DNA of 64,000 nt from NCBI GenBank assembly GCA_965613025.1, contig CBFDUE010000001.1:6323-70322 (forward strand). Reading direction: 5' to 3'. The notes under the pieces are model-generated. The model worked only from the letters and a program-made list of their open reading frames with translations. It was not told the origin of the DNA and made no database searches. Numbering within the stretch: the stretch's first letter is position 1; each line of letters starts with the position of its first letter. The position numbers were made by a program, and so were the translations under genes. Source of the DNA: an uncultured bacterium (GTDB taxonomy: Bacteria; Desulfobacterota; DSM-4660; Desulfatiglandales; JALVMZ01). Shown in pieces: positions 1-8,979 of this stretch.

Positions 1-1171
1 ATCCATATTTATTCTCTTTAATTTTAATAAGGGATACCGATATCTCATCTTCACCACTTTAGAATCCCTTATAACAATTGCAATCGCATATCCCATATTC
101 TATCTCTCTGATCTACTCTTTAATCGCTTCTTTGCCATAAATGAAAAGATTAAAGAGAGATTTCCAGGTCTTGAAGAGAAGACCAACAGATATATCGCCT
201 TTCTTAAAAAGGGAATTAAGGGATTCATGATCCTTTTACTATTTGGAACCGTGCTTCAGATCTGGGGTGTGCCAGCGGTTATGATAATATCATCAGAGCT
301 TGGAAGAGCCATAATACTTAGGATTATAACTATCCTGATCATATCTGCAGGGGTCCTTGTGATGATTGAGCTTTCCCAGTTCTTTAGTGACTTCATCTTA
401 AAAGAGGGATTCCAAAGGAAGGAGATTTCCCAAAAGGCACGCACATTGATACCGGTGGCAAGATCAACTGTAAAGATTGGGGTCACATTTGTAGGTGGGA
501 TAGTGATACTTGATCAGATGGGCATAAATACCACTCCCATACTTGCAGGTGCAGGATTGGTGGGTCTTGCGGTTGGATTTGGGGCGCAGACACTTGTAAA
601 AGACATAATAAATGGGCTCTTTATCCTGTTTCAAGATAGCATCAGAGTGGGAGATTGGGTCATGGTAGCTGGAAGATCAGGGCTGGTGGAATCCATTGGT
701 CTTAGAAAGATGGAGATAAGGGGGCTTGAAGGGGATCTTCATGTAATTCCATACAGTGCCATAGATACTGTCACAAACTTTACAAAAGAGTATTCAAGAG
801 CAGTTGTGGATATAGGCGTTGCCTATAGGGAGGATGTGGATCAGGTTATGGAGGTGCTAAAGAGGATAGGTGAGGAGCTAAGGAAAGATCCTGAATATGG
901 AAGATATATATTGGAGCCTATGGAGATATTTGGTCTTCAGGAATTTGCAGATTCAGCAGTGGTAATCAGGGTAAGGTTTAAGACACAGCCTCTAAAGCAG
1001 TGGCAGATAAAGAGGGAATTTCAAAGAAGAGTTAAAAAGATATTTGATGAGCTTCAGATTGAAATCCCCTTTCCCCATGTTACCCTATATATGGGGGAAC
1101 CAAAGATGGGGACCTCTCCGCCCCTTAATGTGAAGCTGGAATTAAAAAAGGGAAATATACAAGAGGGCTAA
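1..1171 (+). CDS. MscS-family mechanosensitive ion channel (5' end outside the window)
   Basis: The frame of the 227..1171 ORF stays open back to base 2 (no stop in 2..226), so the gene is cut by the window edge. It has the MscS core region 'LAVGFGAQTLVKDIINGLFILFQDSIRVGDWV' followed by the usual cytoplasmic domain. Confidence 0.85.
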   Translation, partial: SIFILFNFNKGYRYLIFTTLESLITIAIAYPIFYLSDLLFNRFFAINEKIKERFPGLEEKTNRYIAFLKKGIKGFMILLLFGTVLQIWGVPAVMIISSELGRAIILRIITILIISAGVLVMIELSQFFSDFILKEGFQRKEISQKARTLIPVARSTVKIGVTFVGGIVILDQMGINTTPILAGAGLVGLAVGFGAQTLVKDIINGLFILFQDSIRVGDWVMVAGRSGLVESIGLRKMEIRGLEGDLHVIPYSAIDTVTNFTKEYSRAVVDIGVAYREDVDQVMEVLKRIGEELRKDPEYGRYILEPMEIFGLQEFADSAVVIRVRFKTQPLKQWQIKREFQRRVKKIFDELQIEIPFPHVTLYMGEPKMGTSPPLNVKLELKKGNIQEG

Positions 1172-1233
1172 GGTATTGTTATATATAAATGGATTATTAT
1201 CTTAAATAATATGAAATTCCAGAGGAGGGAATA

Positions 1234-3036
1234 ATGGAAAGACATCATAAATTTTCCCTATGGTATCTGCTAATAGGTATCTGGATCGTGCTCCTGATCC
1301 AGAACTATCTGGCCGCTCTCTTTGCCATAAAGAGCATACCATATAGTGAATTCCTGAGGCTGCTTAAACAGGACAGGATTAAAGAGATTGCTGTCTCATC
1401 AAACCTTATCACGGGAAAGATGATAGGAGATGATGGTAAACCCCATCTCTTTAAGACCATCAGGGTAGATCCAGAGCTCTCTAAACTGCTTTCCCAATAC
1501 AATGTAATATTTAAAGGGAAGGTGGAGTCTACATTCCTCAGGGATCTTATGTCCTGGGTTGTTCCCATCTTCCTCTTTTTGGGAGTATGGTATTTCTTCT
1601 TCCGTAGGATGATGGGACAGCAGGGATTTATGACATTGGGGAAAAATAAGGCAAAGATATATATGCAAGATGACTTAGGAGTTACATTTAAGGATGTGGC
1701 AGGTGTGGATGAGGCCAAACAGGAGCTTATGGAGATAGTGGAGTTTCTTAAAGAGCCCCAGAAGTTTTCAGAGATTGGCGGAAAGATGCCAAAGGGTATA
1801 CTTCTTGTGGGTCCCCCTGGAACAGGTAAGACACTGCTTGCTAAGGCGGTTGCAGGAGAGAGTGGTGTTCCATTCTTTAGCCTGAGTGGTTCAGAGTTTG
1901 TGGAGATGTTTGTGGGGCTTGGAGCTGCAAGAGTAAGAGATCTCTTTGTTCAGGCAAAGCAAAAGGCACCATGTATCATTTTTATTGACGAGCTGGATGC
2001 CTTAGGTAAGGCAAGGGGGGTGGGAGTTACAGCCGGACATGATGAAAGGGAACAGACCCTTAACCAGCTCTTGGTAGAGATGGATGGCTTTGATCCCAGA
2101 GTAGGAGTGATTCTCATGGCAGCTACCAACAGACCTGAAATCCTTGACCCTGCTCTCCTCAGACCCGGAAGATTTGACAGGCAGATACTGGTGGATCGGC
2201 CTGATAAGAAGGGAAGGGTAGAGATCTTAAAGATACATCTTAGAAATGTAAAGACAGAGCCGGATATAGATATTGAAAGGATAGCCAATATGACCTCAGG
2301 GATGGTGGGAGCTGACCTTGCAAACATTGTAAATGAGGCTGCGCTCCTTTCAGTGAGAAAGGGTAAAAAGAGGGTTGGAATGGAGGAATTTGAAGAGGCG
2401 GTGGAGAGAGTCATCGCAGGACTTGAAAAGAAAAACAGGCTAATTAATGAAGAAGAGAGAAAGATTGTTGCATATCATGAAATTGGACATGCAATTGTGG
2501 CTCTCTCCCTTCCAGGGACAGAACCGGTCCAAAAGATATCCATTATCCCACGGGGAATTGCAGCCTTAGGATACACCATACAGGTTCCCACAGAAGACAG
2601 ATTCCTTATGAAAAAGACAGAACTACTCAATAAGATCGCCACCCTTTTGGGTGGTAGGGCTGCTGAAGAGATTGTATTTGGGGATATATCCACTGGTGCA
2701 CATAACGACCTTGCAAGGGCAACAGATATTGCAAGGAGCATGGTAAAGGAATATGGAATGAGTGACAGGATCGGGCAGGTATATTTTTCACGCAAAAAGG
2801 GGGCTCAGTTTCTGGATATCTCAGTTGAAGGGGCAAAGGAATACAGTGAAGAGACTGCCAAGATGATTGACGATGAGGTAAAAGAGATAATTAATTCCCA
2901 ATACCAACGGGCAGTCTCTATCTTAAAGGATAAAAGGGAGGTTCTGGAAGAGGGTGCAAAGATCCTGCTTGAAAAGGAAAAGATAGATGGAAAACTCTTA
3001 GAGGAGCTTATGAAAAGATATGATAAGGATAAATAG
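1234..3036 (+). CDS. ftsH: ATP-dependent zinc metalloprotease FtsH
   Basis: N-terminal TM segments, Walker A 'GPPGTGKT', Walker B 'IIFIDELDA', SRH '[20 protein letters not shown]' and zinc site 'HEIGHAIV'. An RBS GAGGAGGG lies upstream. Confidence 0.97.
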   Translation: MERHHKFSLWYLLIGIWIVLLIQNYLAALFAIKSIPYSEFLRLLKQDRIKEIAVSSNLITGKMIGDDGKPHLFKTIRVDPELSKLLSQYNVIFKGKVESTFLRDLMSWVVPIFLFLGVWYFFFRRMMGQQGFMTLGKNKAKIYMQDDLGVTFKDVAGVDEAKQELMEIVEFLKEPQKFSEIGGKMPKGILLVGPPGTGKTLLAKAVAGESGVPFFSLSGSEFVEMFVGLGAARVRDLFVQAKQKAPCIIFIDELDALGKARGVGVTAGHDEREQTLNQLLVEMDGFDPRVGVILMAATNRPEILDPALLRPGRFDRQILVDRPDKKGRVEILKIHLRNVKTEPDIDIERIANMTSGMVGADLANIVNEAALLSVRKGKKRVGMEEFEEAVERVIAGLEKKNRLINEEERKIVAYHEIGHAIVALSLPGTEPVQKISIIPRGIAALGYTIQVPTEDRFLMKKTELLNKIATLLGGRAAEEIVFGDISTGAHNDLARATDIARSMVKEYGMSDRIGQVYFSRKKGAQFLDISVEGAKEYSEETAKMIDDEVKEIINSQYQRAVSILKDKREVLEEGAKILLEKEKIDGKLLEELMKRYDKDK

Positions 3037-3064
3037 GAGAGCCTATCTTGATCTCCTCTTTTTG
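3035..3064 (+). terminator. Weak candidate intrinsic terminator after ftsH
   Basis: AGGAGA (3035-3040), 11-nt loop, TCTCCT (3052-3057), then CTTTTTG. It overlaps the 3' end of the convergent small gene. The stem is only 6 bp. Confidence 0.3.
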
Positions 3065-3243
3065 AGTCTTCCTGAGATATATCCAAATATAAACCCGATA
3101 AATATGGAAGCGGGAATAAAGATGGCCTTAGAGACAGATAGCTTCCAAAAATATAGCTTTATGCTTATATCAGACTGATTCTGAAAGGCCACAATACCAA
3201 GCAATATGATAATTATTAACACCACAATTATCTTTGTCTTCAT
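3043..3243 (-). CDS. Small inner-membrane protein, LapA-domain (DUF1049)-like
   Basis: 66 aa with two hydrophobic helices (IIVVLIIIILLGIVAF; IFIPASIFIGFIFGYISG) and a basic tail RLKKRRSR. This layout is typical of LapA/YciS-domain proteins. The family call is from memory of the pattern. Confidence 0.55.
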   Translation of the reverse strand: MKTKIIVVLIIIILLGIVAFQNQSDISIKLYFWKLSVSKAIFIPASIFIGFIFGYISGRLKKRRSR

Positions 3244-3328
3244 CCTTTACCCCTTTTTGAGCCTTTATGCATTTACTCTAATAAAATCCATTTGAAATAG
3301 CAATTACAATATGTTTTAAGGTAAGGAT

Positions 3329-4669
3329 ATGGAACTATTAAAAGAGCTCAGAGAAGATGCAGAGAAGATATTTGCTTCAGCAATTTACGCTGTTGACCCC
3401 TATGTAGCGGTAAAAGGTCACATCGATTTAATTAATGGATCGCTCCTCACCATAGAGGATAAAGGAATTGAAATTCCCCTTGAAAGATTCAAAAGTATCT
3501 GGGTTGTGGGAGGTGGAAAGGCCTCTGCTCCTATGGCAAAGGCTCTGGAAGAGATCCTAAAAGACAGGATAAGAGGTGGAATTGTAAATGTAAAATATGG
3601 CTTTGTAGAAGAGCTAAGATATATTGAACTTGTTGAGGCAGGCCATCCTGTGCCAGATGAAAATGGGCTAAAAGGAACTGAAAGGATATTAAGGCTGTTA
3701 AGAGACTCAGGTAAAGAGGATCTTATAATATCTGTTATCTCTGGAGGTGGATCTGCACTCCTTCCTCTGCCTGCTGAAGGCATCACCCTTCAGGAAAAGC
3801 AACAGATTACAAAGATGCTCCTTGCCTGTGGCGCAAGTATTGATGAGATAAATACCATACGAAAACACATATCCCTTTCAAAGGGTGGGCAGATGGCAAG
3901 GGCTGCATATCCTTCGCATGTCTTAAACCTTATGCTTTCTGATGTGGTGGGAGACAGCCTTGAGGTGATTGCATCTGGCCCCTTTGTGCCCGATAATACC
4001 ACCTTTTTGGATGCAAGAAAGATAATAGATAAGTATGGTCTAAGAGATGTTCCAAAATCCATATTAAGACATATAGAGAAGGGAGTTAAGGGTGAGATTC
4101 CAGATACTCCAAAGCCTGGAGATAGCTGCTTTAGAGATGTTCATAATGTTATCATAGGAAATAATTTAAAGGCTCTTAAAGCGGCATCAAAGAAGGCAGA
4201 GGAATTGGGATATAGAGTGTTGCTTCTGTCTTCCATGATTCAGGGTGAGAGCAGGGAAGTGGCAAGGGCATTGGCAGGTATCTGTAAGGAGGTGATCAAA
4301 AGTTCCAATCCCTTTCCCCCACCCCTCTGTATATTGGCAGGTGGAGAGACGACAGTTACCCTACGGGGGGATGGAAAGGGAGGAAGGAATCAGGAATTCT
4401 GCCTTCAGTGTGCCATTGAACTTGGTGGAATGCCAGAGAGGGTGGTGATATTGAGCGGGGGAACAGATGGAAATGATGGTCCTACAGATGCAGCAGGAGG
4501 TATAGTGGATCCTCTTACAGTTTCTAAGGGGATAAAAAAGGGACTGGATGCTACCGATTTTTTAATTAGAAATGACAGTTATAATTTCTTAAACTCAGTA
4601 GGAGATCTACTGATAACAGGGCCAACAAAGACAAATGTGATGGATGTAATTGTTATGCTTATAAGATAG
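3329..4669 (+). CDS. Glycerate 2-kinase / hydroxypyruvate reductase-like protein (DUF4147 + MOFRL)
   Basis: 446 aa with the motifs 'VVGGGKASAPMA', 'SGGGSALL' and 'AGGETTVTLRGDGKGGRNQEF', characteristic of the MOFRL glycerate kinase family. Confidence 0.85.
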   Translation: MELLKELREDAEKIFASAIYAVDPYVAVKGHIDLINGSLLTIEDKGIEIPLERFKSIWVVGGGKASAPMAKALEEILKDRIRGGIVNVKYGFVEELRYIELVEAGHPVPDENGLKGTERILRLLRDSGKEDLIISVISGGGSALLPLPAEGITLQEKQQITKMLLACGASIDEINTIRKHISLSKGGQMARAAYPSHVLNLMLSDVVGDSLEVIASGPFVPDNTTFLDARKIIDKYGLRDVPKSILRHIEKGVKGEIPDTPKPGDSCFRDVHNVIIGNNLKALKAASKKAEELGYRVLLLSSMIQGESREVARALAGICKEVIKSSNPFPPPLCILAGGETTVTLRGDGKGGRNQEFCLQCAIELGGMPERVVILSGGTDGNDGPTDAAGGIVDPLTVSKGIKKGLDATDFLIRNDSYNFLNSVGDLLITGPTKTNVMDVIVMLIR

Positions 4670-4844
4670 TAGGGTGAAACCGGTAAGCTTGGGAATTATC
4701 TTTTCCACACCATAGATTATGAAGTATGCCCCTCTTTTTGCCATTGACAATAGTAAAGAGCAAGGTCCTTAGATCAGATATCCCCAACTTTGCGGCTGTC
4801 ATAAAATTCAGATACAAAGAGAAGGGTCTCTCTGAGCCTTTCAT
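4659..4844 (-). CDS. Possible small protein (61 aa), unknown function
   Basis: Its only support is an ATGA stop/start overlap with the upstream Cys-rich gene (4841-4844). No recognisable motif. Its 3' end overlaps the convergent glycerate kinase by 11 nt. Confidence 0.2.
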   Translation of the reverse strand: MKGSERPFSLYLNFMTAAKLGISDLRTLLFTIVNGKKRGILHNLWCGKDNSQAYRFHPTIL

Positions 4845-5353
4845 CCAGCACCAAAGGACTGAAGGGCCTTTTTAATCTCTTCACTTAAAAAGAAAAGAAG
4901 GGATAACATCTCTCCTTCCTTCTCCCTTAGGGGAAAAAGCTCTGCAGGTGATATATTATGCTCTATTTTGCCACATATATAATTTACACATATCGCCTCA
5001 CGCACCAATAGCCTACATCCCTCTTTCCCCAAAAAGATACATCCTTTGGGATCATATCTCTTATCAGGAAGCCCTACTCCCATCAGCCTATTTATAAGAA
5101 TAGTAACTGGACTGATATATTCTTCAATCCCTCTTGCACAGCAACTTCCACCATCAATCCTTTCACATTCCCTGCAGAATCTGCTGATTCCTATCTCATC
5201 CATCAATCTAAAGCACTGCCTTGCACTTCTCTCCAGTAAGGAAATATAGGAAGATATGGTATCTATATTTATTAGATTCAAACCAATATCCTTATAAACT
5301 TCCTCTGCCCAGAGGATCTTTTTATGGACAGGCTCATAGAGGGGAAGATTCAT
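4841..5353 (-). CDS. Cys-rich protein, YkgJ/UPF0153-like putative Fe-S or zinc-binding protein
   Basis: 170 aa with cysteine clusters 'CRECERIDGGSCC' and 'GCIFLGKEGCRLLVREAICVNYIC', resembling the CxxCxxCC-type domain. The start lies just downstream of repeat copy 1. Confidence 0.6.
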   Translation of the reverse strand: MNLPLYEPVHKKILWAEEVYKDIGLNLINIDTISSYISLLERSARQCFRLMDEIGISRFCRECERIDGGSCCARGIEEYISPVTILINRLMGVGLPDKRYDPKGCIFLGKEGCRLLVREAICVNYICGKIEHNISPAELFPLREKEGEMLSLLFFLSEEIKKALQSFGAG

Positions 5354-5370
5354 GTATCATATCCCTTTTT

Positions 5371-5490
5371 GAGAGCTTTGCATAACCCCTTTTTACACTG
5401 GGGGTTACACCCCCAGACCCCCAAAAATTAACTTAAAATAACCCAAAATTGCAGCTTTTTTCTGAGAGCTTTGAAAAATTCAAAGCTCTC
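5371..5490. repeat. Composite palindromic intergenic element, copy 1 (MITE/REP-like)
   Basis: It is bounded by the terminal inverted repeat GAGAGCTTTG (5371-5380) / CAAAGCTCTC (5481-5490). It contains TAACCCC-N11-GGGGTTA (5383-5407) overlapping GGGGG-TTACA-CCCCC (5400-5414). It also contains a perfect 12+12 bp palindrome GAGAGCTTTGAA-AAA-TTCAAAGCTCTC (5464-5490). Related copies are at 39081-39286 and 54812-54838. Confidence 0.8.
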
Positions 5491-7961
5491 TTTTTAGATG
5501 TCTTTTTCTTCCTGCCCTTTTTCTTTTTCTCTTCCTTTTCCTCCTCTCCAAAACTCTTTATTCCCTCTGCAAGTTCTCTTAGCCTTTTGTCCACAAGATA
5601 GTTTATAGTATCTTTTGGATATGTGCCGTCCTTTTTCCTTTCACCTGCCTTTTTGCCAGTCAGGATCTCTATTCCCTCATCTATGGTCTTTACTGCATAG
5701 ATATGGAATTTGCCTCTCTTTACGGCTTCTACCACATCCTTTCTGAGCATCAGATCCTTTACATTTGCCTCTGGAATCATTACCCCCTGCTTACCATTTA
5801 GGCCCAGCCTTTTGCAGCAATCAAAGAAACCCTCTATCTTCTCATTTACTCCTCCAATAGGCTGAATCTCCCCTTTTTGATTTACTGAACCGGTTACCGC
5901 TATATATTGCTTAAGGGGGACACCAGAGAGACTGGAAAGCAGAGCATATAGCTCTGTTGATGAGGCGCTGTCTCCATCCACTCCTGAGTAGGACTGTTCA
6001 AAGGCAATACTTGCACTCATAGTAAGGGGCTTGTCCTGTGCATATTTCTTTCTCAGATAGCCACTCAGGATCAGGACACCCTTGTTGTGGGTCTTTCCAG
6101 ATAGATCCGCCTCCCTTTCTATATTGATTATCCCTGCCCTTCCCATGGAGGTAGTGGCAGTGATTCTGGAGGGTTTTCCAAATGTGAGATCTCCCATGTC
6201 ATATATTGCCAACCCATTTACCTGGCCAACCACCTCTCCGTCCACATCAATCATCAGGGTTCCCCTGTCTATCATCTCCTGGATCTGCTCTTCTATCAGG
6301 TTGGATCTATAGATCCTCTCTTCAATTGCCTTTTCCACATGCCTTTCCATTACCAGATCAGAGCCTTCCTGTTGTGCCCAGAAATCTGCCTCTCTCAGTA
6401 TATTGGCTATCTTTGGGAAGCTGGTGGATATCTTCTCGGTTCTTCCTGTCATTCTTATGGCCTCTTCCACTAAAGCAGCAATGGCTGTCCTGTCAAAGGG
6501 TCTTAGATTCTCCTCTTCTGCCTTTTTCTTTACAAAGCGTGCCATCTGGTAGATATTCTCACTGGTATTATCCATAGAAGTGGAAAAATCTGCCCTTACC
6601 TTAAATATCTTTTCCATATCCTCATCATAGTAGAGCAGGAGATGATATATATAGGGATCAGATATAATTATTACTTTAACATCTATATCAATGGGCTCTG
6701 GCTTTAGACCACTTGTAAAGAAATAATAGAAGGGATCAAAGCTCTGTATCTCCATCTTGTTTGTCTTAAGGGCCCTCTTAAGTGCCTGCCAGACCCCTGG
6801 TTCAAGCAGTGCATCTAAGAGGTTTATTACCAGATAGCCCCCGTTTGCCTTTAGAAAGGAGCCTGCTCGGATCTTTGTAAAATCGGTCTTCCATACCCCA
6901 GTCCTATCCACCACCCTTTCAATAATACCAAAGAGGTTTCTATATGTGGGGTAGGATTCAATTATAACTGGGGGACCTTTGGTCTCTGAATTATCCACTA
7001 AAAGATTCACCTCATAGGCAGAGAAGGGATCAACCTGAAATAGGGGAACAGGCACAGGAGATGGAACTTTAGGTGAAAATATCTGTATATTCTCTGCCAT
7101 ATCTTCAAGCATCTGATTAAGGTATTCCTCCACCTTCTCATATGGGTATCTCTCTTTAATGGGCTGAAGTAGCTCTGAGGCCATCTTTAGAAACATTACC
7201 CTGTCCATCTCCTCAATATTTCTTTGCACCTCCTTCTGTAATTCCCTCAGTTCTATAAAGATCTGATCTATCTCTTCCCTGAGCCTTTTTTGCTTTTCTC
7301 TTATCTGTTCAAACTCATCCTTTGGAAATCTGCCTTTTTCTACCATCTCTTCCAGTTGGTCAATATGAACCGGATTTCCATCCACAAGGGGCATCACCTC
7401 CGGCCTTCTTATCTGCCCAACCTGGATATCCACTAAGGTAAAGCCTTCAGAGCGGACCTGTTTATCCAGTTCCTTAAAGAACTGCTTCCCCTTCTGTTCA
7501 TATTCTTCCATTATCTGCTTTTTTCTATTAATATATTCCTGGCTTTCAAATAGCTGGGGGACTTCCCTTTTAAGATTTTCCACAAACTGCTTTATATCTT
7601 TTTTAAATTCTCTGCCTTCCCCTGCCTTAAGCCTAATGAGTCTGGGAGAGTCGGGATCTTTAAAATTATTAACATATATGAGATCATCGGGAGTCTCTCT
7701 TTGGTCTTTTGCAAATTCTTTAAGCAGCCTCTGAACCAGTGAGAGCCTTCCACTCCCTGGCCAGCCTGTCACCACTACATTATAGCCCTCTTTCTTTATT
7801 CCCACTCCAAACTTAAGTGCCTTGACCGCCCTTTCCTGTCCTATGATCTCATCTAAGGGCTCTAACTCTTCAGTGGTCTTAAAAGGCAATTTTTTGGGAT
7901 CTATTCTCAGCCTCAGTTTATCATAGGGAACCCTCTTATCCGCTCTCTTCTTTCTTGGCAT
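5433..7961 (-). CDS. Lon-like protease with degenerate AAA+ module (LonC-like)
   Basis: 842 aa. The C-terminal Lon protease domain has the Ser region 'GVDGDSASSTELYALLS' and the Lys region 'GGVNEKIEGFF'. The N-terminal P-loop position reads 'GWPGSGRLS', with Arg in place of the invariant Lys. There is a long coiled-coil insertion. The last 19 codons are encoded by repeat copy 1. Confidence 0.88.
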   Translation of the reverse strand: MPRKKRADKRVPYDKLRLRIDPKKLPFKTTEELEPLDEIIGQERAVKALKFGVGIKKEGYNVVVTGWPGSGRLSLVQRLLKEFAKDQRETPDDLIYVNNFKDPDSPRLIRLKAGEGREFKKDIKQFVENLKREVPQLFESQEYINRKKQIMEEYEQKGKQFFKELDKQVRSEGFTLVDIQVGQIRRPEVMPLVDGNPVHIDQLEEMVEKGRFPKDEFEQIREKQKRLREEIDQIFIELRELQKEVQRNIEEMDRVMFLKMASELLQPIKERYPYEKVEEYLNQMLEDMAENIQIFSPKVPSPVPVPLFQVDPFSAYEVNLLVDNSETKGPPVIIESYPTYRNLFGIIERVVDRTGVWKTDFTKIRAGSFLKANGGYLVINLLDALLEPGVWQALKRALKTNKMEIQSFDPFYYFFTSGLKPEPIDIDVKVIIISDPYIYHLLLYYDEDMEKIFKVRADFSTSMDNTSENIYQMARFVKKKAEEENLRPFDRTAIAALVEEAIRMTGRTEKISTSFPKIANILREADFWAQQEGSDLVMERHVEKAIEERIYRSNLIEEQIQEMIDRGTLMIDVDGEVVGQVNGLAIYDMGDLTFGKPSRITATTSMGRAGIINIEREADLSGKTHNKGVLILSGYLRKKYAQDKPLTMSASIAFEQSYSGVDGDSASSTELYALLSSLSGVPLKQYIAVTGSVNQKGEIQPIGGVNEKIEGFFDCCKRLGLNGKQGVMIPEANVKDLMLRKDVVEAVKRGKFHIYAVKTIDEGIEILTGKKAGERKKDGTYPKDTINYLVDKRLRELAEGIKSFGEEEKEEKKKKGRKKKTSKKRALNFSKLSEKSCNFGLF

Positions 7962-7981
7962 ATCTCTATCCTCCCTGATCC

Positions 7982-8428
7982 CTAAACAACCTCTATGGGT
8001 ATGCGTCTCTTTGGCTCTTTTGTAAGCTTGGGCATCTCAATTTCCAAGATTCCGTTTTTATAGGTTGCCCTTACCTTATCTATCTCCACAGGGCATGGAA
8101 GGGGGATCTTTCTTGAAAATGAGCCATAGTGCCTCTCTACCCTTCTGTATCCTTCATATTCCTCTGACCACTCTCTCTTTATTATTCCTTTAATCTCCAA
8201 GACATCATGCTGTATGGATATATCCAGATCCTCTGGCTGAATACCAGGGATCTCTGCATGGACATATATGTAATCTTCTGTCTCTGATATATCCACATAT
8301 GGGACCCTCTTCCAGGATCTGGGATATATTGGGACACTAAATTCATCAAATATCTGGCTAAAGAGCCTATCAATCTCTCTCCTTAACCTGTTAATCTCTT
8401 TGTCTTTCCAAAGAATAAGTCCTGCCAT
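7982..8428 (-). CDS. Small heat-shock protein, Hsp20/alpha-crystallin family
   Basis: 148 aa with an alpha-crystallin domain ('VDISETEDYIYVHAEIPGIQPEDLDISI...YGSFSRKIPLP...ATYKNGILEIEMPK'). An RBS AAGGAG lies upstream. It sits 20 nt upstream of the Lon-like gene. Confidence 0.95.
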   Translation of the reverse strand: MAGLILWKDKEINRLRREIDRLFSQIFDEFSVPIYPRSWKRVPYVDISETEDYIYVHAEIPGIQPEDLDISIQHDVLEIKGIIKREWSEEYEGYRRVERHYGSFSRKIPLPCPVEIDKVRATYKNGILEIEMPKLTKEPKRRIPIEVV

Positions 8429-8467
8429 AATTTATTATCTCCTTAATAAAATTAAGATTAGTTCCTT

Positions 8468-8496
8468 ATTTTATTCTGGATGTATCCCTATGGCAA
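8468..8496 (-). promoter_or_regulatory. Candidate sigma70-type promoter of hsp20 / lon-like operon
   Basis: Minus-sense TTGCCA (8496-8491), 17-nt spacer, TAAAAT (8473-8468), about 40 nt upstream of the hsp20 start. Confidence 0.45.
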
Positions 8497-8571
8497 GCCA
8501 ATTTAAGAAGCATATTTTGAAAAATTAGGCTTTAGTATATCTTAAATTTTTATATACTATAGGGGAGAGAC

Positions 8572-8889
8572 ATGAATCTTTTCCCAGGCATAAAGTCTGC
8601 TAACAACAGGGCCATATTGGGTTTTCTCATCCCATTTTTCACTGCCGCTTTGGGGTGCGGGTTTATATTATGGAAGAGGGGAAGGCTCTTTTCTTCTTCC
8701 CTCCTTATACCCTTTCTCATATTGATACCTTCTCTTCTTATCTTGGGAACTGTGCTATCTATTAAGTCATTTGAATATATTGAAAAGAAAGGGGACAAGG
8801 ACTATGCCTATTCAGGGTTTGTCTTTAATCTCTTCTTATTGGCACTCTACATATTTACACTCTTTATATCTATTTTTAAATATTCCTGA
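8572..8889 (+). CDS. Hypothetical small membrane protein (105 aa)
   Basis: Three hydrophobic segments and an RBS-like GGGGAGAG before the ATG. No recognisable family. A competing 82-aa ORF on the minus strand is considered less likely. Confidence 0.45.
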   Translation: MNLFPGIKSANNRAILGFLIPFFTAALGCGFILWKRGRLFSSSLLIPFLILIPSLLILGTVLSIKSFEYIEKKGDKDYAYSGFVFNLFLLALYIFTLFISIFKYS

Positions 8890-8979
8890 TCTTTTCCCTA
8901 TCTGTATTATGATACCCTAAAATTTTAAAATACAATATATTGTAGATAAATAAATTAGCTTTAAATTAAATTTTTTCCC

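Noticed and set aside
5464-5490. Repeat palindrome as a canonical rho-independent terminator of the minus-strand genes
   Set aside because: In minus sense all three copies are followed by A-rich sequence rather than a U-tract, and genes continue immediately downstream. T-runs occur only in plus (antisense) orientation.
8491-8506. Sigma54-like TGGCA-N-TT motif on the plus strand upstream of the 105-aa membrane ORF
   Set aside because: The -12 element is TTTAA, not TTGC. The same TGGCAA is the reverse complement of a well-spaced -35 (TTGCCA-17-TAAAAT) for hsp20 on the other strand.
8550-8798. 82-aa minus-strand ORF overlapping the 8572..8889 plus-strand ORF
   Set aside because: It has no RBS and no hydrophobic or domain pattern. 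The plus-strand ORF has an RBS and three clear TM segments, so only that one is reported, and with low confidence.
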